Shown in pieces: positions 1 through 10,072 of a DNA stretch of 64,000 nt (positions are counted from its first letter, which is position 1; every line of letters starts with the position of its first letter). The notes beneath the pieces are model-generated. The model made no database searches. It was not told the DNA's origin and saw only the letters and a program-made list of their open reading frames with translations. Position numbers and translations under genes: made by a program. Source of the stretch: Thecamonas trahens ATCC 50062 (Eukaryota > Protista > Apusomonadida); assembly GCF_000142905.1 (NCBI RefSeq), contig NW_013657664.1, positions 276,133 through 340,132 on the forward strand, read 5' to 3'.

Positions 1-99
1 ACCCTCCACCTCCTCGACCTCTACCCCCCTCCCCCCCCTCCCTACCCCCCCCCCCCCCCCCCCCCTCCCCACCACCTTCCCTTCCTCCCCTCCTCGTCC

Positions 100-1164
100 A
101 TGTCAGGCGTCCAGCATGGAGTGGGTGAGGCCGACGCCAAGCCGGGGTGGTCGGACAACCAGGCATTTGCAGTCCGTGCAGCCACTTTGAGTGCAGGCTC
201 AATCACCCTCATTGCGTCGCTGGCGGAGATTCTGGTCTTTCTGAGCAAGCGCAAGCTGCGGACAGGAGGCGGCCCGCTGGTCTTGCTCTTTTGGCTGGCA
301 GTCTCCGATGCCTTTACTGGCGCAGCCACACTCGCTGGTGGCATCTTCCCGCCCAACACCTCGGGCACCTGGTGCACCATCCAGGCCTTCACTCTACAGA
401 CCTCGAACCTTGCTGCTGTCGGATGGACACTCGCCGTCGTCCACAACCTGTATGTCGTCGTCTGCCGCATGGATCTCGACTACGCCCGCTTCTTCAAATA
501 CTACCACATGCTCATCTGGTTGCTTGTCCTCATCCTCGGCTTCCTCCCGCTCAGAATCTATGGGCCGGCAGGCGTGTGGTGCTGGATCGGCTCGCGTCAC
601 GTGGCGTATAGGCTCCTGTTCTATGTCCCGCTGGTCTCATCATTTCCTATCATGCTCGGCGTCCTCGTCCGTGGACGCTACGTCCTTCGCGCCCGCAAAG
701 ACTCGCTCACGCCACTGTTGGCGTCGCGGCGGCGGAAGCTCTACTGGCGCGTCTTTGTCCTCTCGCTCATCTTTGTCTTTTCCTGGACAGCCGCCATCAC
801 CAACCGGACGCTTGAGCATTTTGGACACTCGTACTTTGTTGCCGCGCTCCTTGAGGCTGCGATGGACCCACTGCAGGGCTTCCTCAACGCCTGGGTCTTC
901 TTCCGCATTCCCAAGGTCCGCAACGAGCTGGGCGGGTGCTGTGGCATGGAGATGACCAACTACACCCGGCTCCCCTCGGCCGCATCCTCGGTCAACGGCT
1001 CGAGCACAACGCTTCCACTCTCACCAGGTGTTTACTCCAAATTGAGGTCGCCCATCGCCGACTACGGGTCGGTGAGTGGCAAGAAGGGCGCGGGTACCGG
1101 CGACTACAGCTCGGCGTGGTCTTCGGCCGGCGGGCACGTGTATCTCGGGCGTGGAGCGCCGTGA
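100..1164 (+). CDS. 7-TM GPCR, cAMP-receptor-like (Dictyostelium cAR / GCR1 family)
   Basis: 354-aa intronless ORF with seven hydrophobic segments; family motifs LAVSD, WCTIQAF, GPAGVWCWI, PLQGFLNAWVF. Confidence 0.85.
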   Translation: MSGVQHGVGEADAKPGWSDNQAFAVRAATLSAGSITLIASLAEILVFLSKRKLRTGGGPLVLLFWLAVSDAFTGAATLAGGIFPPNTSGTWCTIQAFTLQTSNLAAVGWTLAVVHNLYVVVCRMDLDYARFFKYYHMLIWLLVLILGFLPLRIYGPAGVWCWIGSRHVAYRLLFYVPLVSSFPIMLGVLVRGRYVLRARKDSLTPLLASRRRKLYWRVFVLSLIFVFSWTAAITNRTLEHFGHSYFVAALLEAAMDPLQGFLNAWVFFRIPKVRNELGGCCGMEMTNYTRLPSAASSVNGSSTTLPLSPGVYSKLRSPIADYGSVSGKKGAGTGDYSSAWSSAGGHVYLGRGAP

Positions 1165-1187
1165 ACAACGCTGTGGCATCCTCTGAG

Positions 1188-4100
1188 CTAGCTGCTGCTG
1201 CTGCCGCTGCTGCTGCTACCGTCAGCCTCGCCCTCGGGCTTTCCGGCCTCGCCGCGCAGCGCCGCGACCCAGTGGCCGAGTGCATCGGCATCCGGGACCG
1301 AGAACAGCTGAAAGCCGCGCTGCGGATGAGCAACGACAAACGAGTGCGGGCGAGCCGAGTCGAGGGTAAACGGATCGACTGACGCGCCTTGGAGCTGAAA
1401 GAACGAGACCGGCTTGGAGTCGTTCATCTTCTTGTACACCCAAAGCGTGCCCTTAGAGGCGGAGATGAAGACATCGGCCCACTTGGACTCTTTGGTGTCG
1501 TCGCGCTTGGAGACAACGCCGACCATCGACGGCTCCGGCACGTCCGTTGCCTTGAACACAACCATCGACTTGAGCCGTTTCTTAGTTGCCTTTGCCCGCG
1601 CCGACTGGCCGTCTTTCAGCTCCTTGCCCATGCCGACGAGCTGGGCATGGCGGAATCCGCCAGAGATCTGCACACCGGCCGACGAGCTCTTGCGGCGGGC
1701 TGGTGGCGCGACCGAGAGCCGAGCTCCGCGGCGGAGCGTTCCGGTCAGAGCCGGGCGCGGGGCCGACGGCGGCGGCGGCGGCGGCGCCTTGCTGGACGCC
1801 GCCGGTCTGCCGACCGAGATGGCTTCGGCTTGCAGGCCGGCGACCCACGCGTCACGCTCACCGCGGTTAGCGCAGGCAAGGATCTTAGTGCCTTGATCGC
1901 GGTGGTAGATGCAGATGCACCACTGCAGCATCGGGTCGTTCTTTTCGATCACGCCAAACTGGCAGCCAGTGAGGAGGACAAAGCCCTCGGGCCGCTCGGC
2001 ATCGGCCGACTTGTAGTAGTAAAAGTGGTGGTCCGAGACCACGCAGTAGCGCTTGGACCACTTGGAGGTCTTGAGGTCGCCGCGCTTGATGAGGTTGCCC
2101 TTCATCGATGGGTTGGCAATGGCGCTGGCCGCAGGCAGGTTCATCGTCTTCATCAGCTTGCGCCGCTCACGCTCAAGGTCCTTTTGCTGCTTCTTGAAAC
2201 GCTGCTGCACCTCGCGCCGCTCCTTGGGTGAGAGCGTGGCGTACTGCTCGCGGCTCATGAGAGTGCCAAAGCCCGAAAGCGCCGACTCCACCTCTTCGCG
2301 CGCTGTCAGCCCTGTCCCTGCCTCGGCCACAAACGACTCGGGCTTGGTCTCCGGCACCACCCGCGGAATGTGGACAAGCAAGAACCTCTGGTGCTTCTCG
2401 TCGGTGATCCCGAGCCGTGCCAGCTGACCTGTTGTTACAAACTGATCTGCGGCCTTGCCGTCAATGTTGTTCTCGCGGAAAATCGTCGAGTAGACCGAGA
2501 GATTGACGTCGATGAGCCACTGAATCATGTCGTCGACGCTGCGCGCCTCACGCCACTCGCGATGGACCTCCGGATCGTCCTCACCGGCATGCCTTGCGGC
2601 CGGCGGACTAGTGAGATCGGCGTTGGACCCGCCGGTCCGCGAAGACGCCGACCGACGCGGCGGCGGCGGCGGCACGAAATCGGAGTTGGCTGCTGCCGAC
2701 CCTGCCGCGCCGTCCTGGCTTTCGGATGGCCGAGCTCGCTGGGCCTGCGTTCGCTTCGGGCGATCCTTGGTCGGATGCTCCAGGCTCTTATCGCGTCCCT
2801 CGGGTGGAGGCGAGCTGGCGTCAAAGTTGAACATCGCCTGCGAGAGGTCGTGCATGGAGATCCGCTTCGACGCTCGCTTGTTGCGCTTTGCCAACTTAGC
2901 CGCAGCCGCGTTGATCGGCGCCCCGTCCGACGCTCCCGCACCAATGTCAGCCGCGTCCGACGAGTTGGTCGACGAGCCGGACGAGCTCGAGTACGAGCTG
3001 GACGACGAACCGTCCGACGACGTGTCAAACGAGATCTTGGTGCCGGCGGCCATCACCGGCGCAGCTGCCGGCTTTGCCGGCGCATTGGCCTTTGCGTCGG
3101 CGTTGGCCTTGGCCTTTGCTTCGGCGTTGGCCTTTGCCTTTGCCTCGGCTTCGGCCTTTGCCTTTGCCTCGGCGTCGGCCTTTGCCTTTGCCTTTGCGTC
3201 GGCCTTTGCCTTTGCGTCGGCCTTGGCCTTTGCGTCGGCCTTGGCCTTTGCGTCGGCCTTGGCCTTTGCCTTTGCCTCGGCTTCGGCCTTTGCCTTTGCC
3301 TCGGCTTCGGCCTTTGCCTTTGCCTCGGCTTCGGCCTTGCGCCTAGCCTCGGCCTCAGCTGCGAGACGGGCAGCCTCAGCCGCGGCGCGCTCGAGACGGG
3401 CGGCCTCGAGACGGGCGAGGTGGGCGGCGCGGGCGGCGGCAAGGGCGGCGCGGGCAGCTGATGCGCGGGCAGCAGACTGGATGACGATGGCGGCAGCACG
3501 CTCGCGCTTCATGCGGGCGACGCGAATGCGGGCGAGACAGGCGCGAAAGGCAGTCTGGACCCGAATGGTGGCCCACAGCCGCTTGCGGAGCCAGGCAACC
3601 CGCTGTTTGGCGAGAAAGACCCGGACCGAGCACTGCATGGTGATGACGGTTTCGCGGAGAGCCTCTGCGCGGGCGGCGTCGAGGACGTTGGAGACGCCGT
3701 CGCGAAGGAAGACCTTGGTCTTGCCGACTTGCCACTGCGCATGCGAGCCAGAAGCGTCATCGACCGGCACGGTAGCCGCAAGGATGGCGCGACACGAGTC
3801 GGCGTCGGCGGTTGCGTCCTTGTTTCCGAGCACAGCGTAGCGGGCCGTAAACTCCTCAAACGGAATCCAGACTGGGTAGGCGCGACGGCGCATCTCGATG
3901 GTGTCGAGCATGCCAAGACAGCGGACCTGGCGGACGACCGTGGCCGAGTCAAACGAGTCCTTTGAGAGCAAGTTGTTCGGCTTGAGACAGCGGACAAAGT
4001 GTGGGGTCGATGCATTGAGCGTGGTCATCAGCGAGTTGAGCGAGCGGATAAACTGCTCGGCAATGCCAGCCTTCTTCTTCTGCGAGCCGCCGCTACCGCC

Positions 4101-6125
4101 ACCACCACGGCCGCGTCGCCCGCCGCGCTTGCGCATCAGGGTTGCAGCCGCATTGGCCATCTCAGCGTCGGTGCCTGCAGCCTCGGGCTCGGCTGGCGGC
4201 GGCTTGAAGAGCTTAGCCACGAGCGGGATCGACGACATGGTGACGAGTTCGTTAAAGGCCTCGACCGGCGAGTCCTTGTTCTTGTTGAGAAAGCCGTCAA
4301 TGGCGTAGGCAACCCGGCCGGCGTAGTGGTCGACCGAGAAGCCGAGCCGTTCCTGACGGCGCTCAAACGAGTAGTGCGGCGTCGGATTGGGCATCTGGCC
4401 AAAGGCGGCGTGCATGCGGGTGAGCAAGTTATCGTCCGAGCCGTTTGGCACCTTGCACTCGTCGGTGAGCATCGAGAGAATGCCAAAGTTCTTCTTCTCG
4501 ATAAGGTCGAGGCACGCCTGATTGTCGACAAAGGCAATGTTCTCGACAGCGAGGCCCTGCTGCGCATACTCATCGAGCTGGAGCTTAAAGGTGTGTGCCA
4601 CAAAGAGCTGCTGGAGCTTCTCGTTGACAAAGTTGATGAGCAGCTGTTCGTACGAGTTGCGCTCAAAGACTTCAAAGCCAAAGATGTCGAGCAGGCCAAT
4701 GGCCGGCTTGGTGTCAGCGCTGGACGCGTCGGACGCGCCGGGTGCGGCTGCCTGGCCAGGGCCGCCAGGCGCGAGCGAGACGTTGACCTGCTTGACCAGA
4801 AACTCAAAGATGGCCTGGTATATGGTCTTGGCACAAGTGTCGCGGACAGCGACGGCTTCAGGCAGAGTGAGGGGCTTGATGTAGACCGAGGCTCGTCCAC
4901 GGGCAGCGACGGTACGCTGGGTCAGGAGCTGCGAAAGGAAACCAGCATCGATGCCGAGGAACTTAGCGATGGTCTCGACCAGCTCGGGCGTTTCGACCTC
5001 GACGGCGTCACCGCGCTCAACGAGGCGGACGTTACCGAGCTCGAGGACGGCGGCGACGACCTGAAAGATGGTCGTCTGGGCGGCGTCGTCAAGGCCGACC
5101 GAGGTGAGGCACGAAACGAGCTCGGCAAAGTCTGCGGCGTCATCGACGCCTTCGAGAGCGACTCGCTCGGGATTGATGTAGGCGTAGTCGGTGACGGTGT
5201 CGCGGAGGGCGCAGGCCTCGCGCAGCGCTGGCGGCGCGCCGCCGAGCAGCTGGTAGAAGATGTGGTAGTTGCGCTCGCGCGGCGACTGCGAGATGATGCG
5301 CGACTTTTCGAGGAGGTAGATGACAAAGGAAGCCGAGGCGAGGGCGCCGCCGGAAGTAAACTCGATCTGGATAAACTTACCGAACCGCGACGAGTTTGCG
5401 TTGCGGGTCGTGGCTGCGTTGCCGAAAGTCTCGAGGATGGGGGAGGCGGCGAGGACACGGGTGGTGAGGTCGTCGCCGGCTTTAGCTGGCGCGACGGCAT
5501 CGGGAGCCTGCGACGAGATGTGGGTGAGATACCGGAGGATGTAGCCGGTCGTCCGGGTCTTGCCTGCCCCTGACTCGCCGGTGATGATGAAGCTCTGCGG
5601 CGTGAGGGTGTCGACAGCGGCGCGGTAGACCTTGCGGGCAACGGCGTAGACGTGCGGGACGTCGTCGTCGACGGCATCCAGGTCGGCGTAGAGATCCGGC
5701 AGCGCCTCGCACGGGTTCATGGCGGTGAGAACCGAGCCGGTGTAGGTGTACACCTCCTTGGCACAGAAGCGGCGATAGAGATTGGCCACAATGTCAGGCT
5801 CGGAGAGAGCCGAGATGGTCATCATGTCCGGCACGCCGCGAGCAGCCGAATCAAAGGGAAACGAGGTGACCGTGACCGAGTTGGGTTTGTTGGCACATGC
5901 CTGAATGGCCTCGCCAGGAGTACCTGCAGCCTCCAGCACAGGTGCACCCTCGATAGGGCTCAGGTGGTTGTCAGCAATGGTACCCGAGACAATGGCAGTC
6001 TCAGGCTCGGTAGCCGCCACCTTGCAAAGTGCCCACCCACCGTCACCATGACGGACCCAGACCAAAGACCCGACCTCCACACTCGCCACATCCACGCTGC
6101 TGCTGTTGCTGCTGCTGCTTGCCAT
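1188..6125 (-). CDS. Unconventional myosin: motor, 3 IQ motifs, Ala/Lys/Glu helical repeat, CPI motif, SAM, PH, CRIB-like, PH
   Basis: Motor motifs GESGAGKT, FGNAATTRNANSSRFGKF, LDIFGFE, PHFVRCLKPN, GKTKVFLR; start taken at MASSSS (6125), just downstream of the poly-C tract; SAM-like QWLIDVNLSVYSTIFRENNIDG; two PH-like domains. Confidence 0.93.
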   Translation of the reverse strand: MASSSSNSSSVDVASVEVGSLVWVRHGDGGWALCKVAATEPETAIVSGTIADNHLSPIEGAPVLEAAGTPGEAIQACANKPNSVTVTSFPFDSAARGVPDMMTISALSEPDIVANLYRRFCAKEVYTYTGSVLTAMNPCEALPDLYADLDAVDDDVPHVYAVARKVYRAAVDTLTPQSFIITGESGAGKTRTTGYILRYLTHISSQAPDAVAPAKAGDDLTTRVLAASPILETFGNAATTRNANSSRFGKFIQIEFTSGGALASASFVIYLLEKSRIISQSPRERNYHIFYQLLGGAPPALREACALRDTVTDYAYINPERVALEGVDDAADFAELVSCLTSVGLDDAAQTTIFQVVAAVLELGNVRLVERGDAVEVETPELVETIAKFLGIDAGFLSQLLTQRTVAARGRASVYIKPLTLPEAVAVRDTCAKTIYQAIFEFLVKQVNVSLAPGGPGQAAAPGASDASSADTKPAIGLLDIFGFEVFERNSYEQLLINFVNEKLQQLFVAHTFKLQLDEYAQQGLAVENIAFVDNQACLDLIEKKNFGILSMLTDECKVPNGSDDNLLTRMHAAFGQMPNPTPHYSFERRQERLGFSVDHYAGRVAYAIDGFLNKNKDSPVEAFNELVTMSSIPLVAKLFKPPPAEPEAAGTDAEMANAAATLMRKRGGRRGRGGGGSGGSQKKKAGIAEQFIRSLNSLMTTLNASTPHFVRCLKPNNLLSKDSFDSATVVRQVRCLGMLDTIEMRRRAYPVWIPFEEFTARYAVLGNKDATADADSCRAILAATVPVDDASGSHAQWQVGKTKVFLRDGVSNVLDAARAEALRETVITMQCSVRVFLAKQRVAWLRKRLWATIRVQTAFRACLARIRVARMKRERAAAIVIQSAARASAARAALAAARAAHLARLEAARLERAAAEAARLAAEAEARRKAEAEAKAKAEAEAKAKAEAEAKAKAKADAKAKADAKAKADAKAKADAKAKAKADAEAKAKAEAEAKAKANAEAKAKANADAKANAPAKPAAAPVMAAGTKISFDTSSDGSSSSSYSSSSGSSTNSSDAADIGAGASDGAPINAAAAKLAKRNKRASKRISMHDLSQAMFNFDASSPPPEGRDKSLEHPTKDRPKRTQAQRARPSESQDGAAGSAAANSDFVPPPPPRRSASSRTGGSNADLTSPPAARHAGEDDPEVHREWREARSVDDMIQWLIDVNLSVYSTIFRENNIDGKAADQFVTTGQLARLGITDEKHQRFLLVHIPRVVPETKPESFVAEAGTGLTAREEVESALSGFGTLMSREQYATLSPKERREVQQRFKKQQKDLERERRKLMKTMNLPAASAIANPSMKGNLIKRGDLKTSKWSKRYCVVSDHHFYYYKSADAERPEGFVLLTGCQFGVIEKNDPMLQWCICIYHRDQGTKILACANRGERDAWVAGLQAEAISVGRPAASSKAPPPPPPSAPRPALTGTLRRGARLSVAPPARRKSSSAGVQISGGFRHAQLVGMGKELKDGQSARAKATKKRLKSMVVFKATDVPEPSMVGVVSKRDDTKESKWADVFISASKGTLWVYKKMNDSKPVSFFQLQGASVDPFTLDSARPHSFVVAHPQRGFQLFSVPDADALGHWVAALRGEAGKPEGEADGSSSSGSSSS
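3085..3337. repeat. Coding minisatellite of 6-nt units (GCCTTT/GCCTCG/GCGTCG) encoding the KAKAEAE/KAKADA repeat of the myosin neck
   Basis: Directly visible tandem repeats. Confidence 0.9.
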
Positions 6126-6553
6126 GGTGGTGTCAGAGGGGAGGAGCGAGGGGGGGGGGAGGGGGGGGGGGAGGGAGTCTAGTCGAATGTCCTCTTCGGA
6201 AGAAGTGTAGGCCGTTGTTTTTGGGTGGGCGAATGGGTGCCTGCCGCACCGCACCGCATGCGTCACACACTGCTCACTACTGGGGATGGGGACGGGGATG
6301 GGGAGGGGGGAGGGGAGGGGGATGGAATCGGGCATCAGGTCGCGGTTAGGGGTAGTGGCAGATCGGGGTTGGGAGATTTGGGGGGGGAGGGGGGATGGAG
6401 GGATGGAGGGATTTGCCTGGTTTGCCTGTGGGTATGGGGGTTGCGTGCGTGCGGCATGCGGTGGGGCATGGGCATTCTTTGGGAAGGCGATGGTGGGCGG
6501 TTGTTGCGGCGCATGGTTGGATGGGCGGGTGCGTATGGTTGGATCGGTGGCTG

Positions 6554-7066
6554 CTACTTTTCCCGGGCGCGGACGTCTACGGCAGTGACGCGGACCTGGT
6601 AGGTGGTGCAGTATGGGTAGCGGCCGTCATCGTCGGGAGTGTTGTGGGCGACGACTTCTGCGGGAAAGCCGGCGCCTGCAAGGACGCCCTTGACGATACC
6701 AGCGACAAAGGCGCCGCAGTTGAGATCGGACATGTCGCGCGGAACAGAGATATACCTGTTGACCAACGGCTCGTTGTCGACGATGTGATACTCCTCTGCG
6801 TCGTCGGACGAGTACTGCGCGAGGGCATCGGCCGATTTGCCAAAGAGGGTGCGGAAGACCGAGGTCTGGATAAGAACAAGGACGTTCTTGAGCTTGACCT
6901 CGCGCTTGCCCGACTTTTCCCTCAGTGAGATGAGGTCCACCATGCGCGCGCCGACCTGGAAGCCCGCAGCATCGAGCTTGGCCTCCAGCGGACCGATGGC
7001 GGTGACCCTTGACTGCGAGTGACGGATGAGCTCCGAAAAGAGGTACGAGAACGACGAGAGGCCGAC
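6554..7066 (-). CDS. TRAPPC5: TRAPP complex subunit 5 (Trs31), last exon; the 5' exon probably lies in the gap
   Basis: FSYLFSELI, LFGKSADAL, NEPLVNRYISVPRDMSDLNCGAFVAGIVKGVL; acceptor CGCAG at 7067, phase 0. Confidence 0.9.
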   Translation of the reverse strand, partial: VGLSSFSYLFSELIRHSQSRVTAIGPLEAKLDAAGFQVGARMVDLISLREKSGKREVKLKNVLVLIQTSVFRTLFGKSADALAQYSSDDAEEYHIVDNEPLVNRYISVPRDMSDLNCGAFVAGIVKGVLAGAGFPAEVVAHNTPDDDGRYPYCTTYQVRVTAVDVRAREK

Positions 7067-7147
7067 CTGCGAGCGGATGGGTAGGAGGTAGGAAGGGGGA
7101 GTGAATAAGTGTGTGTGTGTGTGTGGGGGGGGGGGGGGGGTGGGGAG

Positions 7148-7767
7148 NNNNNNNNNNNNNNNNNNNNNNNNNNNNNNNNNNNNNNNNNNNNNNNNNNNNN
7201 NNNNNNNNNNNNNNNNNNNNNNNNNNNNNNNNNNNNNNNNNNNNNNNNNNNNNNNNNNNNNNNNNNNNNNNNNNNNNNNNNNNNNNNNNNNNNNNNNNNN
7301 NNNNNNNNNNNNNNNNNNNNNNNNNNNNNNNNNNNNNNNNNNNNNNNNNNNNNNNNNNNNNNNNNNNNNNNNNNNNNNNNNNNNNNNNNNNNNNNNNNNN
7401 NNNNNNNNNNNNNNNNNNNNNNNNNNNNNNNNNNNNNNNNNNNNNNNNNNNNNNNNNNNNNNNNNNNNNNNNNNNNNNNNNNNNNNNNNNNNNNNNNNNN
7501 NNNNNNNNNNNNNNNNNNNNNNNNNNNNNNNNNNNNNNNNNNNNNNNNNNNNNNNNNNNNNNNNNNNNNNNNNNNNNNNNNNNNNNNNNNNNNNNNNNNN
7601 NNNNNNNNNNNNNNNNNNNNNNNNNNNNNNNNNNNNNNNNNNNNNNNNNNNNNNNNNNNNNNNNNNNNNNNNNNNNNNNNNNNNNNNNNNNNNNNNNNNN
7701 NNNNNNNNNNNNNNNNNNNNNNNNNNNNNNNNNNNNNNNNNNNNNNNNNNNNNNNNNNNNNNNNNNN
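7148..7767. other. Assembly gap flanked by poly-G (left) and poly-C (right)
   Basis: N run. Confidence 1.
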
Positions 7768-7854
7768 TCGTCGACGACCACCACCACACCACACCATCCC
7801 CCCCCCCCCCCCCCCCCCCCCACCCCACTCACACCCTCGCCACCTCTCTCTACC

Positions 7855-8370
7855 ATGTCGTCTTTCCTCGCCCGTGCTACCGCCGCCATCCGGGCCCGGG
7901 TCGGCGTTGCAGGGCCCACCACCGTCGGCCGCGACGCCGCGGGCAATGTCTTCCTCGAAGCCGATGGGCGGCGGTATGTCGAGTTTGCCGAGGCCGACAA
8001 CCCAGACCCGACCCAGGTCGACCCCATGTGGCAGATGTGGCTCCGCGGCAACCGCCCGGCGCCCACCCCGGACGAGATCGCCGCCCGGGAGGAGGCCCGT
8101 GCCACTATGCGCAAGCGCATCAAGGAGGTCCAGGAGCGTGAGGCCCGTGAAGCGCTCGAGACCATCGCAGAGTTTGGCTCCGAGCACGCCGTCGCAGGCA
8201 TGCCGCGCCCTGCTGCAGCGGCTGCTACTGCCGCTGATGGCGCTGCTGACCCAAAGATGGCCGGTGAGGCCATGCGCCGCGTCGACTCGGACGCCCCGCT
8301 CCCACCCACCGGTGCCTCTGGTACAGGCGATGACTTTCAGCCGGGCAAGTGGACGCCTAACAAGACATGA
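7855..8370 (+). CDS. NDUFAF2: Complex I NDUFA12/NDUFAF2-family protein (likely assembly factor NDUFAF2)
   Basis: VGRDAAGNVF, RRYVE, PMWQMWLRGNRPAPT, C-terminal FQPGKWTP; Arg/Ala-rich presequence-like N-terminus. Confidence 0.7.
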   Translation: MSSFLARATAAIRARVGVAGPTTVGRDAAGNVFLEADGRRYVEFAEADNPDPTQVDPMWQMWLRGNRPAPTPDEIAAREEARATMRKRIKEVQEREAREALETIAEFGSEHAVAGMPRPAAAAATAADGAADPKMAGEAMRRVDSDAPLPPTGASGTGDDFQPGKWTPNKT

Positions 8371-8398
8371 TTGTGATTCATTGCAAGGGTACAACGCG

Positions 8399-9607
8399 TT
8401 AATCGCGCCGCGGCGATGCCGGCGGTGTCTCGCGCCGCGGCGACACCGGCGGCGAATCGCGCTCTGACCGCGGCGATGCAGCCGCGGCTGCGGCCGCCGC
8501 GGCAATTGACGGCGGCGTCCGGTCGCGCCGTGCCCCAGCCGCTGGCAGCGGTGTCGCGTCACTGGTCGGCGAGTGCTCATCCGCCGCCGAAGTAAATGCC
8601 TCGCCACCGGCGCCTGCGCCCGCCGCCGCCAGTGCGCTCGCTGCCGCCTGCTGCTCGGCGATGTGCTCTTGCAGCAACGCGATTTTGGCCTCGAGGGCAG
8701 TTTTGCGTGAGATGAGCTCGCCTTCGCGTCCGCGGAGTGTTGCCACCTGCTGCGCCTGCCGCACAAGAACCATCAGCTCTACCTGCCGGATCTTGATCTC
8801 CAGCAGCTTCGACTGCACCTGTCGCATCGCAGCCTGCGCCTCGACTTGCCGGATCTGCGATTGCAGGATGCGAATCCGCTGCTCTTGTGCAGCTTGCGCC
8901 GAGCTAGACTCGCCGATTGCCCGCGCCCGCCGGCTCGCCGCTCCGCGCGGGGTCTGCCGATCCAGCCGCAGCATCTGCAGCCGCCGCTCCCGCGACCGCG
9001 CCACCGACAGCGACGCCACCGTGACTAGGCTCGGCGCCGGCACCCGTGACCCACGCGCAAGAACCTGCGCCCGCCGCTCCGCCTGCCGCGCCGTCTGCAC
9101 CTCGCGCGACGCCCGCTGCCGCAGCAGCCGCCGCCGCTTCTCCTTGGTCCGCTCCAGCTGCCACAGCAGCCACTCACGCTCCACAAGGTACGCCACCCGC
9201 GGCATTGCCGTAAACGCCGACAGCTCGCCCTCCAGATCCAGCTGCCACTTGCGGTGCACCGCCAGACCGTCGCCCGGCACCGTCGGCACCGGAACCAGGT
9301 ACACCCGTTCCGGCCCGCCGCCGGCGCCCCGGGCCGCCTCACTGCTGCACTCGTCGGCGCCACCGGCTGTCGCACTCGCAGCCATTGCCACCGCCACCGC
9401 CCGCGCCTCACCAACATCGCTACCGTCTTCTCCGGCCCCGGTCTCGCTGCCAGTGTCGGCGCCGGTCGTCGCCTTGCCCGCCGCCGCCGCCGCCTGCCAC
9501 GCCTCCACCCCGAGGACAGCGGCCAGGTACGGCAGCAGCAGGGAGACGTCAATGGTTCCATGCTGCGGCGCAGACGCCCCGCCTACCAGCATCGACGCAG
9601 TTGCCAT
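8399..9607 (-). CDS. Hypothetical coiled-coil protein
   Basis: ~400-aa ORF with heptad-rich Q/R/E/L segments; no family recognised; start uncertain. Confidence 0.55.
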   Translation of the reverse strand: MATASMLVGGASAPQHGTIDVSLLLPYLAAVLGVEAWQAAAAAGKATTGADTGSETGAGEDGSDVGEARAVAVAMAASATAGGADECSSEAARGAGGGPERVYLVPVPTVPGDGLAVHRKWQLDLEGELSAFTAMPRVAYLVEREWLLWQLERTKEKRRRLLRQRASREVQTARQAERRAQVLARGSRVPAPSLVTVASLSVARSRERRLQMLRLDRQTPRGAASRRARAIGESSSAQAAQEQRIRILQSQIRQVEAQAAMRQVQSKLLEIKIRQVELMVLVRQAQQVATLRGREGELISRKTALEAKIALLQEHIAEQQAAASALAAAGAGAGGEAFTSAADEHSPTSDATPLPAAGARRDRTPPSIAAAAAAAAASPRSERDSPPVSPRRETPPASPRRD

Positions 9608-10072
9608 GCTGTCGCCGTCACCGTCACCGTCGCCGTCGTTGTCGCTGTCTCTGTCTCTGCCTATGCCACTTTGCCAGCCGTGCTGTCGCCTTGCCGAACA
9701 CTGGCGGCTTGGCCTTTGCTCTCCGGCCTGCTGTCCTCGGTCCTGCCTTGCTTGTAAAGCACACGTCCTGTTCACCGCTTGTGCTTTCTCTCTCCCTCTT
9801 TCTCTCTCGCTGTCTGGGAACGACAAGTGTGCTCTCTGGCTCTCACCCCCTCGCCCCTCCCCACCGCCACCACAATGTCCCGGCCCGCACTCGCCCCGTG
9901 TCTGATGGCTGCATGCGCGCTGCCTCACCGCCCGTCACTCAAAAAAAGGTCCATCGTTGCAAGCTCGCCGCCAGACTTCTCCGCCAGCTGAGACAGACCT
10001 CTGCCTTTGCTGTACTTCATCGGGTTTATGTAGATAGGCGGGGCGAGCGTGCGTGCGGTTGCTTTGCCGCTG

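Noticed and set aside
3085-3337. Regular repeat array, possible CRISPR or bacterial TolA-like insert
   Set aside because: No spacers; in-frame low-complexity segment of the myosin
2370-5573. Long antisense and alternate-frame ORFs over myosin (and similar ones over most genes)
   Set aside because: Expected shadow ORFs in high-GC coding DNA; no recognisable motifs
6627-8766. ORFs spanning N gaps (also at 27456-28787 and 51717-52858)
   Set aside because: Artefacts of translating through N runs
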